From: a virus
Lineage: Duplodnaviria > Caudoviricetes
Virus record (IMG/VR): IMGVR_UViG_3300021962_000102
Coordinates: 1-62,546 of that record
DNA: 62,546 bases
Strand: one strand, 5' to 3'
Shown: one piece after another, positions 1 to 8,561 of the stretch
How the letters are laid out: each line of letters opens with the position of its first letter
How positions within the stretch are numbered: position 1 is the stretch's first letter
Notes under the pieces: model-generated
Told to the model about the DNA's origin: nothing
The model's database searches: none
The model's input: only the letters and a program-made list of their open reading frames with translations
Translations under genes and position numbers: made by a program

Positions 1-1
1 A

Positions 2-64
2 ATCAAAGCAGTACAAGAGATAGACAAACGTTTAAGAGACGTGGAAGACAAGTTGGCAGAGTAA
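2..64 (+). CDS. 3' end of a tail fibre gene (intramolecular chaperone/S74-type coiled-coil tail), partial
   Basis: Reads IKAVQEIDKRLRDVEDKLAE*, typical of the end of S74 chaperone domains; open at the window edge. Confidence 0.55.
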   Translation: MKAVQEIDKRLRDVEDKLAE

Positions 65-89
65 AAGAAGTTTCATACATTACAACATT

Positions 90-749
90 ATGCGAAGAGT
101 TTTGATTGGTACACCATCTTACGATGGACGAATAGATGTTTGGTTCGCCAACTCCCTAATAGCCACTGTAAAAGAAGCCGAAAAGAAAGGCATCTTTGTA
201 CATGCTATATACACTAGTTACGATTCGTTAATTCAACGAGCACGTAACTCCCTAGTTAAACTAGCCCTAGACGGTAAATACGATGACATATTCTTTATCG
301 ACTCAGATACAGAATGGGAACCAGAATGGTTCTTTCGTCTATTGGAACGTCCCGAACCTGTAGTAGGAGGAGCACTTATTAAGAAAACAGACAAAGAAGG
401 CTACACAGTCAAACTCCTAGATAAACAACTTAAATTTTCTGAGGACAAGAAGCTCATCCAAGCAGACGGAGTTGGTACTGGATTCCTTAAAGTATCCAGA
501 TTCGCTCTAGAGAAACTTTGGCTAGCATCAGATCCGTATACTAGTGAAGGAGAAGAACATAGAATGGTGTTTGACATCAAGGTCGAGAACGGAGACCTAA
601 TCAGTGAGGACTATGTTTTGTGTAACAAATGGCAGAAACTAGGATACAAGGTATGGTTAGATCCTACCATTACCTGTAATCATATCGGTATCAAAAAGTT
701 TAAAGGAGATTTAAATAAGTTTTTAGATAAACAGGAATATGTTCGATAA
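90..749 (+). CDS. GT-A fold glycosyltransferase-like protein
   Basis: SLIQRARN, FFIDSD (DxD), GTGF, SEDY motifs. Confidence 0.75.
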   Translation: MRRVLIGTPSYDGRIDVWFANSLIATVKEAEKKGIFVHAIYTSYDSLIQRARNSLVKLALDGKYDDIFFIDSDTEWEPEWFFRLLERPEPVVGGALIKKTDKEGYTVKLLDKQLKFSEDKKLIQADGVGTGFLKVSRFALEKLWLASDPYTSEGEEHRMVFDIKVENGDLISEDYVLCNKWQKLGYKVWLDPTITCNHIGIKKFKGDLNKFLDKQEYVR

Positions 750-1647
750 ACCCAAAGGCGGAACCGAGCTAATGCATGATGAGCTCATGGCAAGACTTCC
801 TGAAAATTACAAGGAAGTTTTCTCTATTTTTAATTATCTTCCTTACGCCGATTTTACAAAAAAGACCATTTACTGGAATCAGCTATCGTACGATCAGAAT
901 GCGATCGAACCGCTCAAAGATCCCGAAGTAATCAACAAGATCGATCACTTTGTCTTTGTAAGTCACTGGCAGGCAGAGATGTTTAGGAAGATGTTTAACA
1001 TCCCGGGGTATAAAACCAGCGTAATTAAAAACGCACACACCGGAGTAGGTAAAAGACACGTTTCGGCCCGGGATACAGTCCGGCTGTGTTACACTTCTAC
1101 TCCCTGGCGAGGGTTAGACGTACTGCTAAGAGCATGGGAGATCCTGCAACCTAAAAACTGCGAACTTCATATCTTTTCTAGCACTCAGATCTACGGTAAG
1201 GACTTTGCAGCAACGGCCGAAGACGGATATAAGCATCTATATGATAAATGCCAGGAGCTAGAAGGAGTTGTATACAGAGGCTCCATTCCAAACCAGGAGC
1301 TAAAAGCCGAACTTCCTACCTTCGATATCCTTGCCTACCCCAATACCTTTGAAGAAACTTCCTGTATTGCAGTGATTGAAGCACTAGCTACCGGCCTAAG
1401 GGTAGTAACCTCTAATCTAGGAGCATTACCAGAGACAACCGAAGGATGGGCTAGGATGTATACGTATAAGGTTGACGGAGAGACTCATGCACAGCATTTC
1501 TCTAAAGTTCTAGAACAGGAGATACTCTCTATTCGGCAAGGAAAACTCAATAATCACTTGCAGGAACAGATGCAGATCTATACCAACCGCTGGAGCTGGA
1601 ATGAAAGAATTAACGAATGGATTAATTTGCTAGATGAACTTCAATAA
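739..1647 (+). CDS. GT-B (GT4-like) glycosyltransferase
   Basis: GGTE N-terminus, YTSTPWRGL, EETSCIAVIEA (EX7E) motif. Confidence 0.8.
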   Translation: MFDKPKGGTELMHDELMARLPENYKEVFSIFNYLPYADFTKKTIYWNQLSYDQNAIEPLKDPEVINKIDHFVFVSHWQAEMFRKMFNIPGYKTSVIKNAHTGVGKRHVSARDTVRLCYTSTPWRGLDVLLRAWEILQPKNCELHIFSSTQIYGKDFAATAEDGYKHLYDKCQELEGVVYRGSIPNQELKAELPTFDILAYPNTFEETSCIAVIEALATGLRVVTSNLGALPETTEGWARMYTYKVDGETHAQHFSKVLEQEILSIRQGKLNNHLQEQMQIYTNRWSWNERINEWINLLDELQ

Positions 1648-2260
1648 TATTAAAAAGCTAGTAGAGTATTCCAGCCCTAAAAGATGCCTGGATATTGGAG
1701 CTCACGTAGGGGAGTTTAGTGCCGATCTAAAAACGATAACACCCCAGTGCGAGATCATCGCTATTGAAGCTAACCCAAATTGCGAACCCTATCTTAATAA
1801 GAAAGGTTTGAGGTACGAGATGATTGGACTGGGTGCCGGACAAGGAACATTCAACCTTTTTATTGAAGCTGAAAACCCAATCGGTACTGGTGCTTCTTTC
1901 TACCGGGAAAACACCCAATGGTATGAAGGAGAAAAAGCAAAAACAATTGAAGTAGCAGTTGATTCTTTAGACAATCGTTCGTATTTTAAAGATGAAATCA
2001 TCGATTTAGTAAAGATTGACGTTCAAGGAGCCGAGCTAGACATCCTGAACGGAGGTAGAGAAACCATCATGAGATCAAATTACGTGATTATGGAAGTTTC
2101 ACTCCTTCAGTACAACATCGGTGCACCTTTGATGGATGCAATCGTTGCTAAAATGAAAGAATATTCCTTCCATATTGAAGATATACTGGAATATCAAAAA
2201 CTTCAGGACGGAACTGTGTTCCAACTTGATGTGTTATTCAAGAACAAATATATTTATTAG
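1634..2260 (+). CDS. FkbM-family SAM methyltransferase
   Basis: LDIGAHVG, IEAN, KIDVQGAEL motifs. Confidence 0.85.
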   Translation: MNFNNIKKLVEYSSPKRCLDIGAHVGEFSADLKTITPQCEIIAIEANPNCEPYLNKKGLRYEMIGLGAGQGTFNLFIEAENPIGTGASFYRENTQWYEGEKAKTIEVAVDSLDNRSYFKDEIIDLVKIDVQGAELDILNGGRETIMRSNYVIMEVSLLQYNIGAPLMDAIVAKMKEYSFHIEDILEYQKLQDGTVFQLDVLFKNKYIY

Positions 2261-2279
2261 AAATTAAATATCCTTAACC

Positions 2280-2552
2280 ATGCCAGAACTAGGAATTCAA
2301 GAAACCCACACACCAGAGGAAGTAGCACAATCTATCTCTGCTGCTTTTGATTCAGTACACTTCATCAATACTATCCTTGACGAGACTGCAATGACAGAAG
2401 CCACTCAGGAAGATAAAGAAGCTACTGTTGAGCGTAATGTAGGTCACCTCAAGATCATGCTTGCAAAAGAATGGTTTACTGACGGCTGCACCGAAGCACA
2501 GCTCACCGACCTAAACGCAGCCGTAGCTGCAGGGGAGGAGTATATCGCCTAA
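2280..2552 (+). CDS. hypothetical protein
   Basis: 90-aa ORF inside the island, A-rich leader. Confidence 0.6.
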   Translation: MPELGIQETHTPEEVAQSISAAFDSVHFINTILDETAMTEATQEDKEATVERNVGHLKIMLAKEWFTDGCTEAQLTDLNAAVAAGEEYIA

Positions 2553-2594
2553 GATATACTTCCTCTCTTTTAAAAGTTTTGTTTAAATACCGTT

Positions 2595-3416
2595 ATGATA
2601 AAAAAAGTCTTTTATAATAGCTCTATGCCTAGAGCCGGATCTACTTTGATCCAAAATATCTTAGGACAAAATCCCGATCTATATACAACACCTACTTCAG
2701 GTGTTTTTGAGATGCTAGCAGCATCACGTACCATCTTCTCTGACGGTTTAGAGTTTAAAGCACAGGATGAGCAGCAGATGCTCACCGGCTTTAAAGGTTA
2801 CCTCAAAGGAGCGCTATACGGATTTTATGAAGATCTGACCGACAAGCCTTACGTCGTTGATAAATGCAGAGGCTGGAATGCGGAATGGGAGTTTGTAAAT
2901 GCTTTCGATCCTAATCCTAAGATGATCTGTATGATTAGAGACATTCGTGCGGTTTATGCCTCGCTAGAAAAGAAGTACAGAAAGCATCCATTAATCGATC
3001 ATCACATCGCTAACTGGGGTAACCTAACAGGTACTACCACAGACAAGAGAATTGAGGTATGGTCAGCCAATCCTCCTATCGGACCTTCGATGGACCGGAT
3101 CTATCAGGTACTGGTACAGGGTCTACACAAGAATATCTTGTTTGTCAAGTTTGAGGACTTAGCCTCAAATCCGAACGAACAGATGGAGCGTATCTATGAA
3201 TACCTTGAATTACCATACTACCAACATGATTTTAAAAACATCAAACAAATCACTCACGAGGATGATAAGTGGTACGGTATTTTTGGAGACCATATTATCC
3301 GTCAAGAACTTAAACCAGTACGAAACGATTTTGTTGACGTGTTAGGTCCTAACGCGGTTAAGTTGATCGAAAACCATTACGCTTGGTTCTTTAACGATTT
3401 TGGTTATGAGCTATGA
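2595..3416 (+). CDS. PAPS-dependent sulfotransferase
   Basis: MPRAGSTL 5'-PSB loop, RDIRAVYAS 3'-PB motif, KFEDL. Confidence 0.85.
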   Translation: MIKKVFYNSSMPRAGSTLIQNILGQNPDLYTTPTSGVFEMLAASRTIFSDGLEFKAQDEQQMLTGFKGYLKGALYGFYEDLTDKPYVVDKCRGWNAEWEFVNAFDPNPKMICMIRDIRAVYASLEKKYRKHPLIDHHIANWGNLTGTTTDKRIEVWSANPPIGPSMDRIYQVLVQGLHKNILFVKFEDLASNPNEQMERIYEYLELPYYQHDFKNIKQITHEDDKWYGIFGDHIIRQELKPVRNDFVDVLGPNAVKLIENHYAWFFNDFGYEL

Positions 3417-4408
3417 GAGTAGGATATCAAACCCAAGTAGACAAACAATATAAGTCTATCCAAGCCGATGGACTCCAAGCATCACCAGTTTTAATATCAG
3501 TTGCGCAAAAAAAAGATAACATGGAAAAATATATAGTATGGCATATTGAAGGAGGTTTAGGCAAAAACGTAGCCGCTACAGCACTTCTACCTTCACTGGC
3601 TAAAACATACCCAGATAGAAAGATCGTAGTTGTGGCCTCGTACCCGGAAGTGTTTCTAAATCACCCGGATGTTTACCGTGTTTACAGAGTAGGTACGACT
3701 GCTTACTTCTACGAGGATTACATCCTGGGAAAAGACACACTCGTATTCAGACACGAGCCCTACTTCCAGACCGGACACATTCTTAAGCAGAAGCATCTGG
3801 TTGAGAACTGGGCCGAGTTGCTGGGGGTAGAATACAAGAAGCAGCTACCGCAAGTCCATATGAATATGGTACAGAAGAACTTCCAGTTTAGCTGGAAGAG
3901 AGATAAGCCGGTAATGCTGCTGCAGACTAACGGAGGTCTATTCTCCGGCCAGCAAATGGGCTATGCCTGGACCCGGGACATGCCTATTGAACTAGCAGCC
4001 TGGATTGCTGAAAAGTTTGTAAAAGACTACCACATCATTCAGTTAACCCGGGAAGGAACCCCGGTTCTAGAAGGAGTAGAGGTTGTAAACTTTGCTATGA
4101 CTAACATGGAGATGTTTGCTCTAGTGCAGGCTTCAGAAAAGCGAGTATTAATCGATTCTAGCATCCAGCACGTAGCTGCAGGTCTTAACAAACCTTCAAC
4201 GGTATTATGGGTCGGAACTGCACCTGAGAATTTCGGGTACGATATGCATACCAATGTTAAGTCCTTACCTCCTAAAGGTACTACTAAGCTCATTGACGCT
4301 TACCTGTTTGATGCTTCATTTGAAGGAGTACCTCACGAATGTCCGTATAACGATATTCAAGAGATGTTTGATCTTCAAAAGCTAGAGCAGGCTCTAAAAA
4401 AGAAGTAA
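3413..4408 (+). CDS. GT9/heptosyltransferase-like glycosyltransferase (start may be 3520)
   Basis: GGLGKNV and IDSSIQHVAAGL..PSTVLW motifs. Confidence 0.65.
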   Translation: MRVGYQTQVDKQYKSIQADGLQASPVLISVAQKKDNMEKYIVWHIEGGLGKNVAATALLPSLAKTYPDRKIVVVASYPEVFLNHPDVYRVYRVGTTAYFYEDYILGKDTLVFRHEPYFQTGHILKQKHLVENWAELLGVEYKKQLPQVHMNMVQKNFQFSWKRDKPVMLLQTNGGLFSGQQMGYAWTRDMPIELAAWIAEKFVKDYHIIQLTREGTPVLEGVEVVNFAMTNMEMFALVQASEKRVLIDSSIQHVAAGLNKPSTVLWVGTAPENFGYDMHTNVKSLPPKGTTKLIDAYLFDASFEGVPHECPYNDIQEMFDLQKLEQALKKK

Positions 4409-4442
4409 GGTGGTGCTCGCCTGCTATTTATAAAGAAATAGT

Positions 4443-4553
4443 ATGAGTTTACACCACAATCCTAGACTTAACACAGCCGGGCTTATTGTAGCACTAGATG
4501 CTGCGGATATAAAGTTGCATAAAATCAATTTTCTTAGTATATTAGCATTGTAA
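4443..4553 (+). pseudogene. truncated N-terminus of a LamG/ConA-type virion protein gene
   Basis: MSLHHNPRLNTAGLIVALDAADIK resembles the conserved start of such phage proteins, then runs into promoter-like DNA and stops after 36 aa. Confidence 0.5.
4515..4545 (+). promoter_or_regulatory. Bacteroidota-type promoter (TTG-N20-TATATTAG)
   Basis: One mismatch to the -7 TAnnTTTG box, TTG 20 nt upstream. Confidence 0.4.
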
Positions 4554-4581
4554 TTACACTAACAATTAAAACGTTTTAACA

Positions 4582-4962
4582 ATGGCAGTAACAGCTACAG
4601 TTGAGAAGTTCGGAATGACCTTTTCCGAAGCTTACCACAAGGTAACTCGCCTCACATACGAGTCTACCGACCAAAAGACCTATGTATACGCTGCACCCGC
4701 AGAACCCTCAGTAGATGCTGATGGCAATCCCGTTCCTCCGATGCCTACCCCTCCGACCGAGGCTTGGGTTAAGAAGAACTTCTGCCACTACGAAGTAGCT
4801 ACCTACGCATCTGAGGAAACTCGTGAGGCGCACGCTGAACCTATCTACCGCACGCACTTTAGCTTTGAGCCCGTGCTCGATGCTGAATCTGCGGACATCA
4901 TCGTACAAGCCTACGACCACCTCAAGGCTCAGGCTGGCTACGAAGACGCTGTAGACTGCTAA
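4582..4962 (+). CDS. hypothetical protein, possibly tail-fibre associated
   Basis: 126-aa ORF with high-expression codon bias, C-terminal QAYDHLK..GYEDAVDC. Confidence 0.6.
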   Translation: MAVTATVEKFGMTFSEAYHKVTRLTYESTDQKTYVYAAPAEPSVDADGNPVPPMPTPPTEAWVKKNFCHYEVATYASEETREAHAEPIYRTHFSFEPVLDAESADIIVQAYDHLKAQAGYEDAVDC

Positions 4963-4994
4963 TCGATTAATAATTAACTTAAATAAAATCAAAT

Positions 4995-5282
4995 ATGGCA
5001 CAGATTTCTGAAGATCAATTGAATAAAGCCCGCGAAATTCGCGCGAAGCAACAGCAAATCCAAATGGAGCTAGGAGCTCTTTACGTAAGCGAGAAAGACA
5101 TCGCCACACGTCAAGATACTCTCGTAGCCGAACTCCGCAAGAGCGGTGAAGAGATTCAGTCTTTGATGGCTGAGCTTGCTGAAGTTCACGGACATGGAAC
5201 TCTGAATCTTGAGACTGGTGAGTTCACAGTACAAGATGAAGACTCTAAAGAATCTCCTTTGCGGGTTGTAAAACCTGAGTAG
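4995..5282 (+). CDS. coiled-coil hypothetical protein
   Basis: Heptad-rich, ends HGTLNLETGEF. Confidence 0.65.
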   Translation: MAQISEDQLNKAREIRAKQQQIQMELGALYVSEKDIATRQDTLVAELRKSGEEIQSLMAELAEVHGHGTLNLETGEFTVQDEDSKESPLRVVKPE

Positions 5283-5287
5283 TAATC

Positions 5288-5509
5288 ATGACGAAGCTGA
5301 TAAGAAAAATAAGTATCGGCAGAGATTATAAAAACGATGCAATGCACTACTCCATAGGCCAAGATGTCTATGGGGGGCATTGTATCTGTAGTATAATAGA
5401 AGAAGATAATAAATTCACTATATACATACAAAAAAACGAAGAAGTTATACCTTGGAAAGATTTCAACAAAAACATGGGTATAGCTGTTGAGTATAATCTT
5501 GAGTACTGA
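5288..5509 (+). CDS. hypothetical protein
   Basis: 73-aa ORF tightly packed in the operon. Confidence 0.65.
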   Translation: MTKLIRKISIGRDYKNDAMHYSIGQDVYGGHCICSIIEEDNKFTIYIQKNEEVIPWKDFNKNMGIAVEYNLEY

Positions 5510-5510
5510 T

Positions 5511-6110
5511 ATGAGATCAATATTCAACTTTGTTGTTAGGCCAAAAGATTCTAGAAACGCAAATAAAAAAAACGTTGATGGGACTGAACTAATATTAAAC
5601 ACTGACTTGCAAGACCACAAATACGTTAGTAGAGTTGGTGTTGTCGTTGGTGTTCCAAGTATTGGTTGTTTTGGCATAGAACCAGGTGAAGAAATAATTG
5701 TTCATCATAATGTCTTTAGAAGATTTTATGACATACGAGGTGTTGAAAAAAATAGTAGTGCATACTTTGCTGATGACGTTTTTATCGTTAGTCCAGATCA
5801 AGTATTTATGCATAGACAGCCGGGTGGAAAGTGGTATCCTGTTGATGGCTACTGTTTTGTAAAGCCAGTTGAGTCTGACGATATTTGGTCAGAAGAAAAG
5901 GAAAAACAATTGATTGGTGTTTTAAAACATCTAGATTCTAAACTTGAATTACTAGGTTTTAATAATGACGATTTAGTTGGCTTTTGCCCAAGGAGTGAAT
6001 ATGAATTCATAATAGACGGCGAGAGAATGTATAGAGTAGATTCAGACTCAATAGCTATAAACTATGGATATTCAGGAAACGAAAAAGAGTATAATCCAAG
6101 CTGGGCATAA
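5511..6110 (+). CDS. tandem GroES-like (Cpn10-fold) protein
   Basis: Two GroES-like patterns: FVVRP...GVVVGVP...IEPGEEIIV and PVDGYCFVKP...DDLVGF...IDGERMYRV..DSI; ATG at 5511. Confidence 0.55.
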   Translation: MRSIFNFVVRPKDSRNANKKNVDGTELILNTDLQDHKYVSRVGVVVGVPSIGCFGIEPGEEIIVHHNVFRRFYDIRGVEKNSSAYFADDVFIVSPDQVFMHRQPGGKWYPVDGYCFVKPVESDDIWSEEKEKQLIGVLKHLDSKLELLGFNNDDLVGFCPRSEYEFIIDGERMYRVDSDSIAINYGYSGNEKEYNPSWA

Positions 6111-6342
6111 GGCTGTAGAAGAACTCATAAAGGTTGCGCAAGAAAAAATCATCACAAATACAGAAGACGATGTGTCTGCTGATAGATTAAAAAATGCTGC
6201 TGCGACTAAGAAACTAGCTATATTTGACGCTTTTGAAATCCTATCAAGGATTCAAGAAGAGCAAGCTAGATTAGAAGACAGACCAGTAGAAAGAGAAGAT
6301 AAGCAAGCGTTTAAGGGATTCGCTGAGCGTAGATCAAAATAA
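6064..6342 (+). CDS. putative terminase small subunit
   Basis: Small helical protein directly upstream of and overlapping TerL. Confidence 0.5.
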   Translation: MDIQETKKSIIQAGHKAVEELIKVAQEKIITNTEDDVSADRLKNAAATKKLAIFDAFEILSRIQEEQARLEDRPVEREDKQAFKGFAERRSK

Positions 6343-8558
6343 TGTACGAACAAACTTTATATAGAGTAGTAGAACCTTTACGCATAAACACCGTAAAGAG
6401 ACTAAACAAATCTAAGAGTTGGAAGTACGGCTATGACAAAGAGCACGATATTGTTGTCATAAGCAAAACCGGCGAAATAGGCGATATATATGAAATTCAA
6501 AATCTCAAGATCGCTTTACCAAAGACGCCGCAGAGTGTGCATGAGTTTGAATCAGGGCGTTGGGAAGTACAAGAGTATCCTAGACAGTTGCGGTCAATAA
6601 AGACTATATTTGATTGGCGGGACACGGATGATTCTTTTAAGGTTAAATGGGAACAGTACATAGACGAAGAGTTCAATAGAAGGGAAAACGGTTTCTGGTT
6701 TAAGAATAACGGCACAAAGACATATATAACAGGTACACACTATATGTACTTACAGTGGTCTAAGATTGATGTTGGTAATCCAGACTTTAGAGAGGCAAAC
6801 AGACTTTTTTTTATTTTCTGGGAAGCTGTAAAAGCAGATAGTAGATGCTACGGAATGTGCTATCTAAAGAACAGACGTAGTGGTTTTTCATTTATGGCTA
6901 GCGGTGAGGTTGTTAATCAAGCAACTATAACATCGGATGCTAGATTTGGAATACTGTCTAAGACTGGTAACGATGCCAAAAAAATGTTCACAGACAAGGT
7001 TGTGCCTATATCTGTAAACTATCCTTTCTTTTTCAAGCCAATTCAAGATGGTATGGATAGACCTAAAACAGAATTAGCTTTTAGGGTTCCTGCGTCTAAA
7101 CTAACCAGAAAGAGAATATCATCTGGTGATCAGAGAGAAGAACTAGAAGGTCTTGACACAACAATAGACTGGAAAAACACAGGTGATAACTCGTACGACG
7201 GTGAAAAGCTAAAACTACTTATTCACGACGAGAGTGGAAAATGGGAAAGACCTGACAATATTCTAAATAACTGGCGCGTAACTAAAACGTGTTTACGTCT
7301 TGGTAGTAGGATAGTTGGAAAGTGCATGATGGGTTCAACATCAAATTCTTTGGAAAAAGGAGGAGATAACTTTAAAAACCTATACTACGATTCAGACGTA
7401 ACTCAGAGAAACAGAAACGGACAGACAAGGTCTGGACTTTATAGTTTGTTTATTCCAATGGAATGGAACTATGAGGGTTTTATAGATAAGTATGGTAATC
7501 CTGTTTTTGACACTCCAGAAGTAGCTGTAGAAGGTCCAGATGGACAATTAATATATGAAGGAGTAATACAGCACTGGGAAAACGAAGTAGACGGATTAAA
7601 GCATAGTCAAGATGCACTAAACGAATTTTACCGTCAGTTTCCAAGAACGGAGGAGCACGCGTTTAGGGATGAAATGAAAAATAGTCTATTTAATCTTGTT
7701 AAGATTTACGATCAAATAGACTACAACGAAGGACTTAGAAATTCTGGAGTCATAAGTGTTGGCAACTTCCAGTGGCGCAACGGAATACAAGATACTGAGG
7801 TTGTGTTTCATCCTGATCCTAATGGAAGATTTAAAATATCGTGGTTTCCACCTAAAAATCTTCAAAATAGTGTGATTGTAAAGAATGGGATGAAGTATCC
7901 TGGCAATGAACACTTAGGTGCATTTGGTTGTGACTCATATGATATATCTGGAACTGTTGACGGTAGAGGTTCAAAAGGAGCATTACACGGTTTAACGAAG
8001 TTCTCGATGGAAGATGTTCCACCATCAACGTTTTTTCTTGAATATATAGCTAGACCTCAAACTGCTGAAATATTCTTTGAGGATGTGTTGATGGCTATAG
8101 TTTTTTATGGTATGCCAATATTAGCAGAGAACGCTAAACCTAGATTACTGTACTACATAAGAAGAAGAGGTTATAGGGGTTTTTCAATGAATAGACCAGA
8201 TAGAAGAAGTAATCAACTATCTGTTACAGAAAGAGAAATAGGTGGCATACCTAACTCTAGTGAAGATATGAAGCAGGCACACGCTGCCGCTATAGAGATG
8301 TATATAGAAAATTATGTCGGGTATAATCCAGATACCGATACACACGGTACGATGTACTTTAACACTACGCTCAACGACTGGGCTAAGTTTGACATAAATA
8401 AAAGAACAAAGCATGACGCTTCTATTAGTTCTGGTTTGGCTATAATGGCATGCAATAGGCATCTTTACGCGCCAACGAAGACAATAGAAAGAGATGTTGT
8501 AAGTTTAGGTCTAGCAAGATTTAAAAATTCAGGGTTTTCATCCGAAATAATAAAATAA
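6342..8558 (+). CDS. terL: terminase large subunit
   Basis: KNRRSGFS Walker A, LLIHDESGK Walker B, GSTS motif, C-terminal nuclease (GCD, HDA). Confidence 0.9.
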   Translation: MYEQTLYRVVEPLRINTVKRLNKSKSWKYGYDKEHDIVVISKTGEIGDIYEIQNLKIALPKTPQSVHEFESGRWEVQEYPRQLRSIKTIFDWRDTDDSFKVKWEQYIDEEFNRRENGFWFKNNGTKTYITGTHYMYLQWSKIDVGNPDFREANRLFFIFWEAVKADSRCYGMCYLKNRRSGFSFMASGEVVNQATITSDARFGILSKTGNDAKKMFTDKVVPISVNYPFFFKPIQDGMDRPKTELAFRVPASKLTRKRISSGDQREELEGLDTTIDWKNTGDNSYDGEKLKLLIHDESGKWERPDNILNNWRVTKTCLRLGSRIVGKCMMGSTSNSLEKGGDNFKNLYYDSDVTQRNRNGQTRSGLYSLFIPMEWNYEGFIDKYGNPVFDTPEVAVEGPDGQLIYEGVIQHWENEVDGLKHSQDALNEFYRQFPRTEEHAFRDEMKNSLFNLVKIYDQIDYNEGLRNSGVISVGNFQWRNGIQDTEVVFHPDPNGRFKISWFPPKNLQNSVIVKNGMKYPGNEHLGAFGCDSYDISGTVDGRGSKGALHGLTKFSMEDVPPSTFFLEYIARPQTAEIFFEDVLMAIVFYGMPILAENAKPRLLYYIRRRGYRGFSMNRPDRRSNQLSVTEREIGGIPNSSEDMKQAHAAAIEMYIENYVGYNPDTDTHGTMYFNTTLNDWAKFDINKRTKHDASISSGLAIMACNRHLYAPTKTIERDVVSLGLARFKNSGFSSEIIK

Positions 8559-8561
8559 AAA

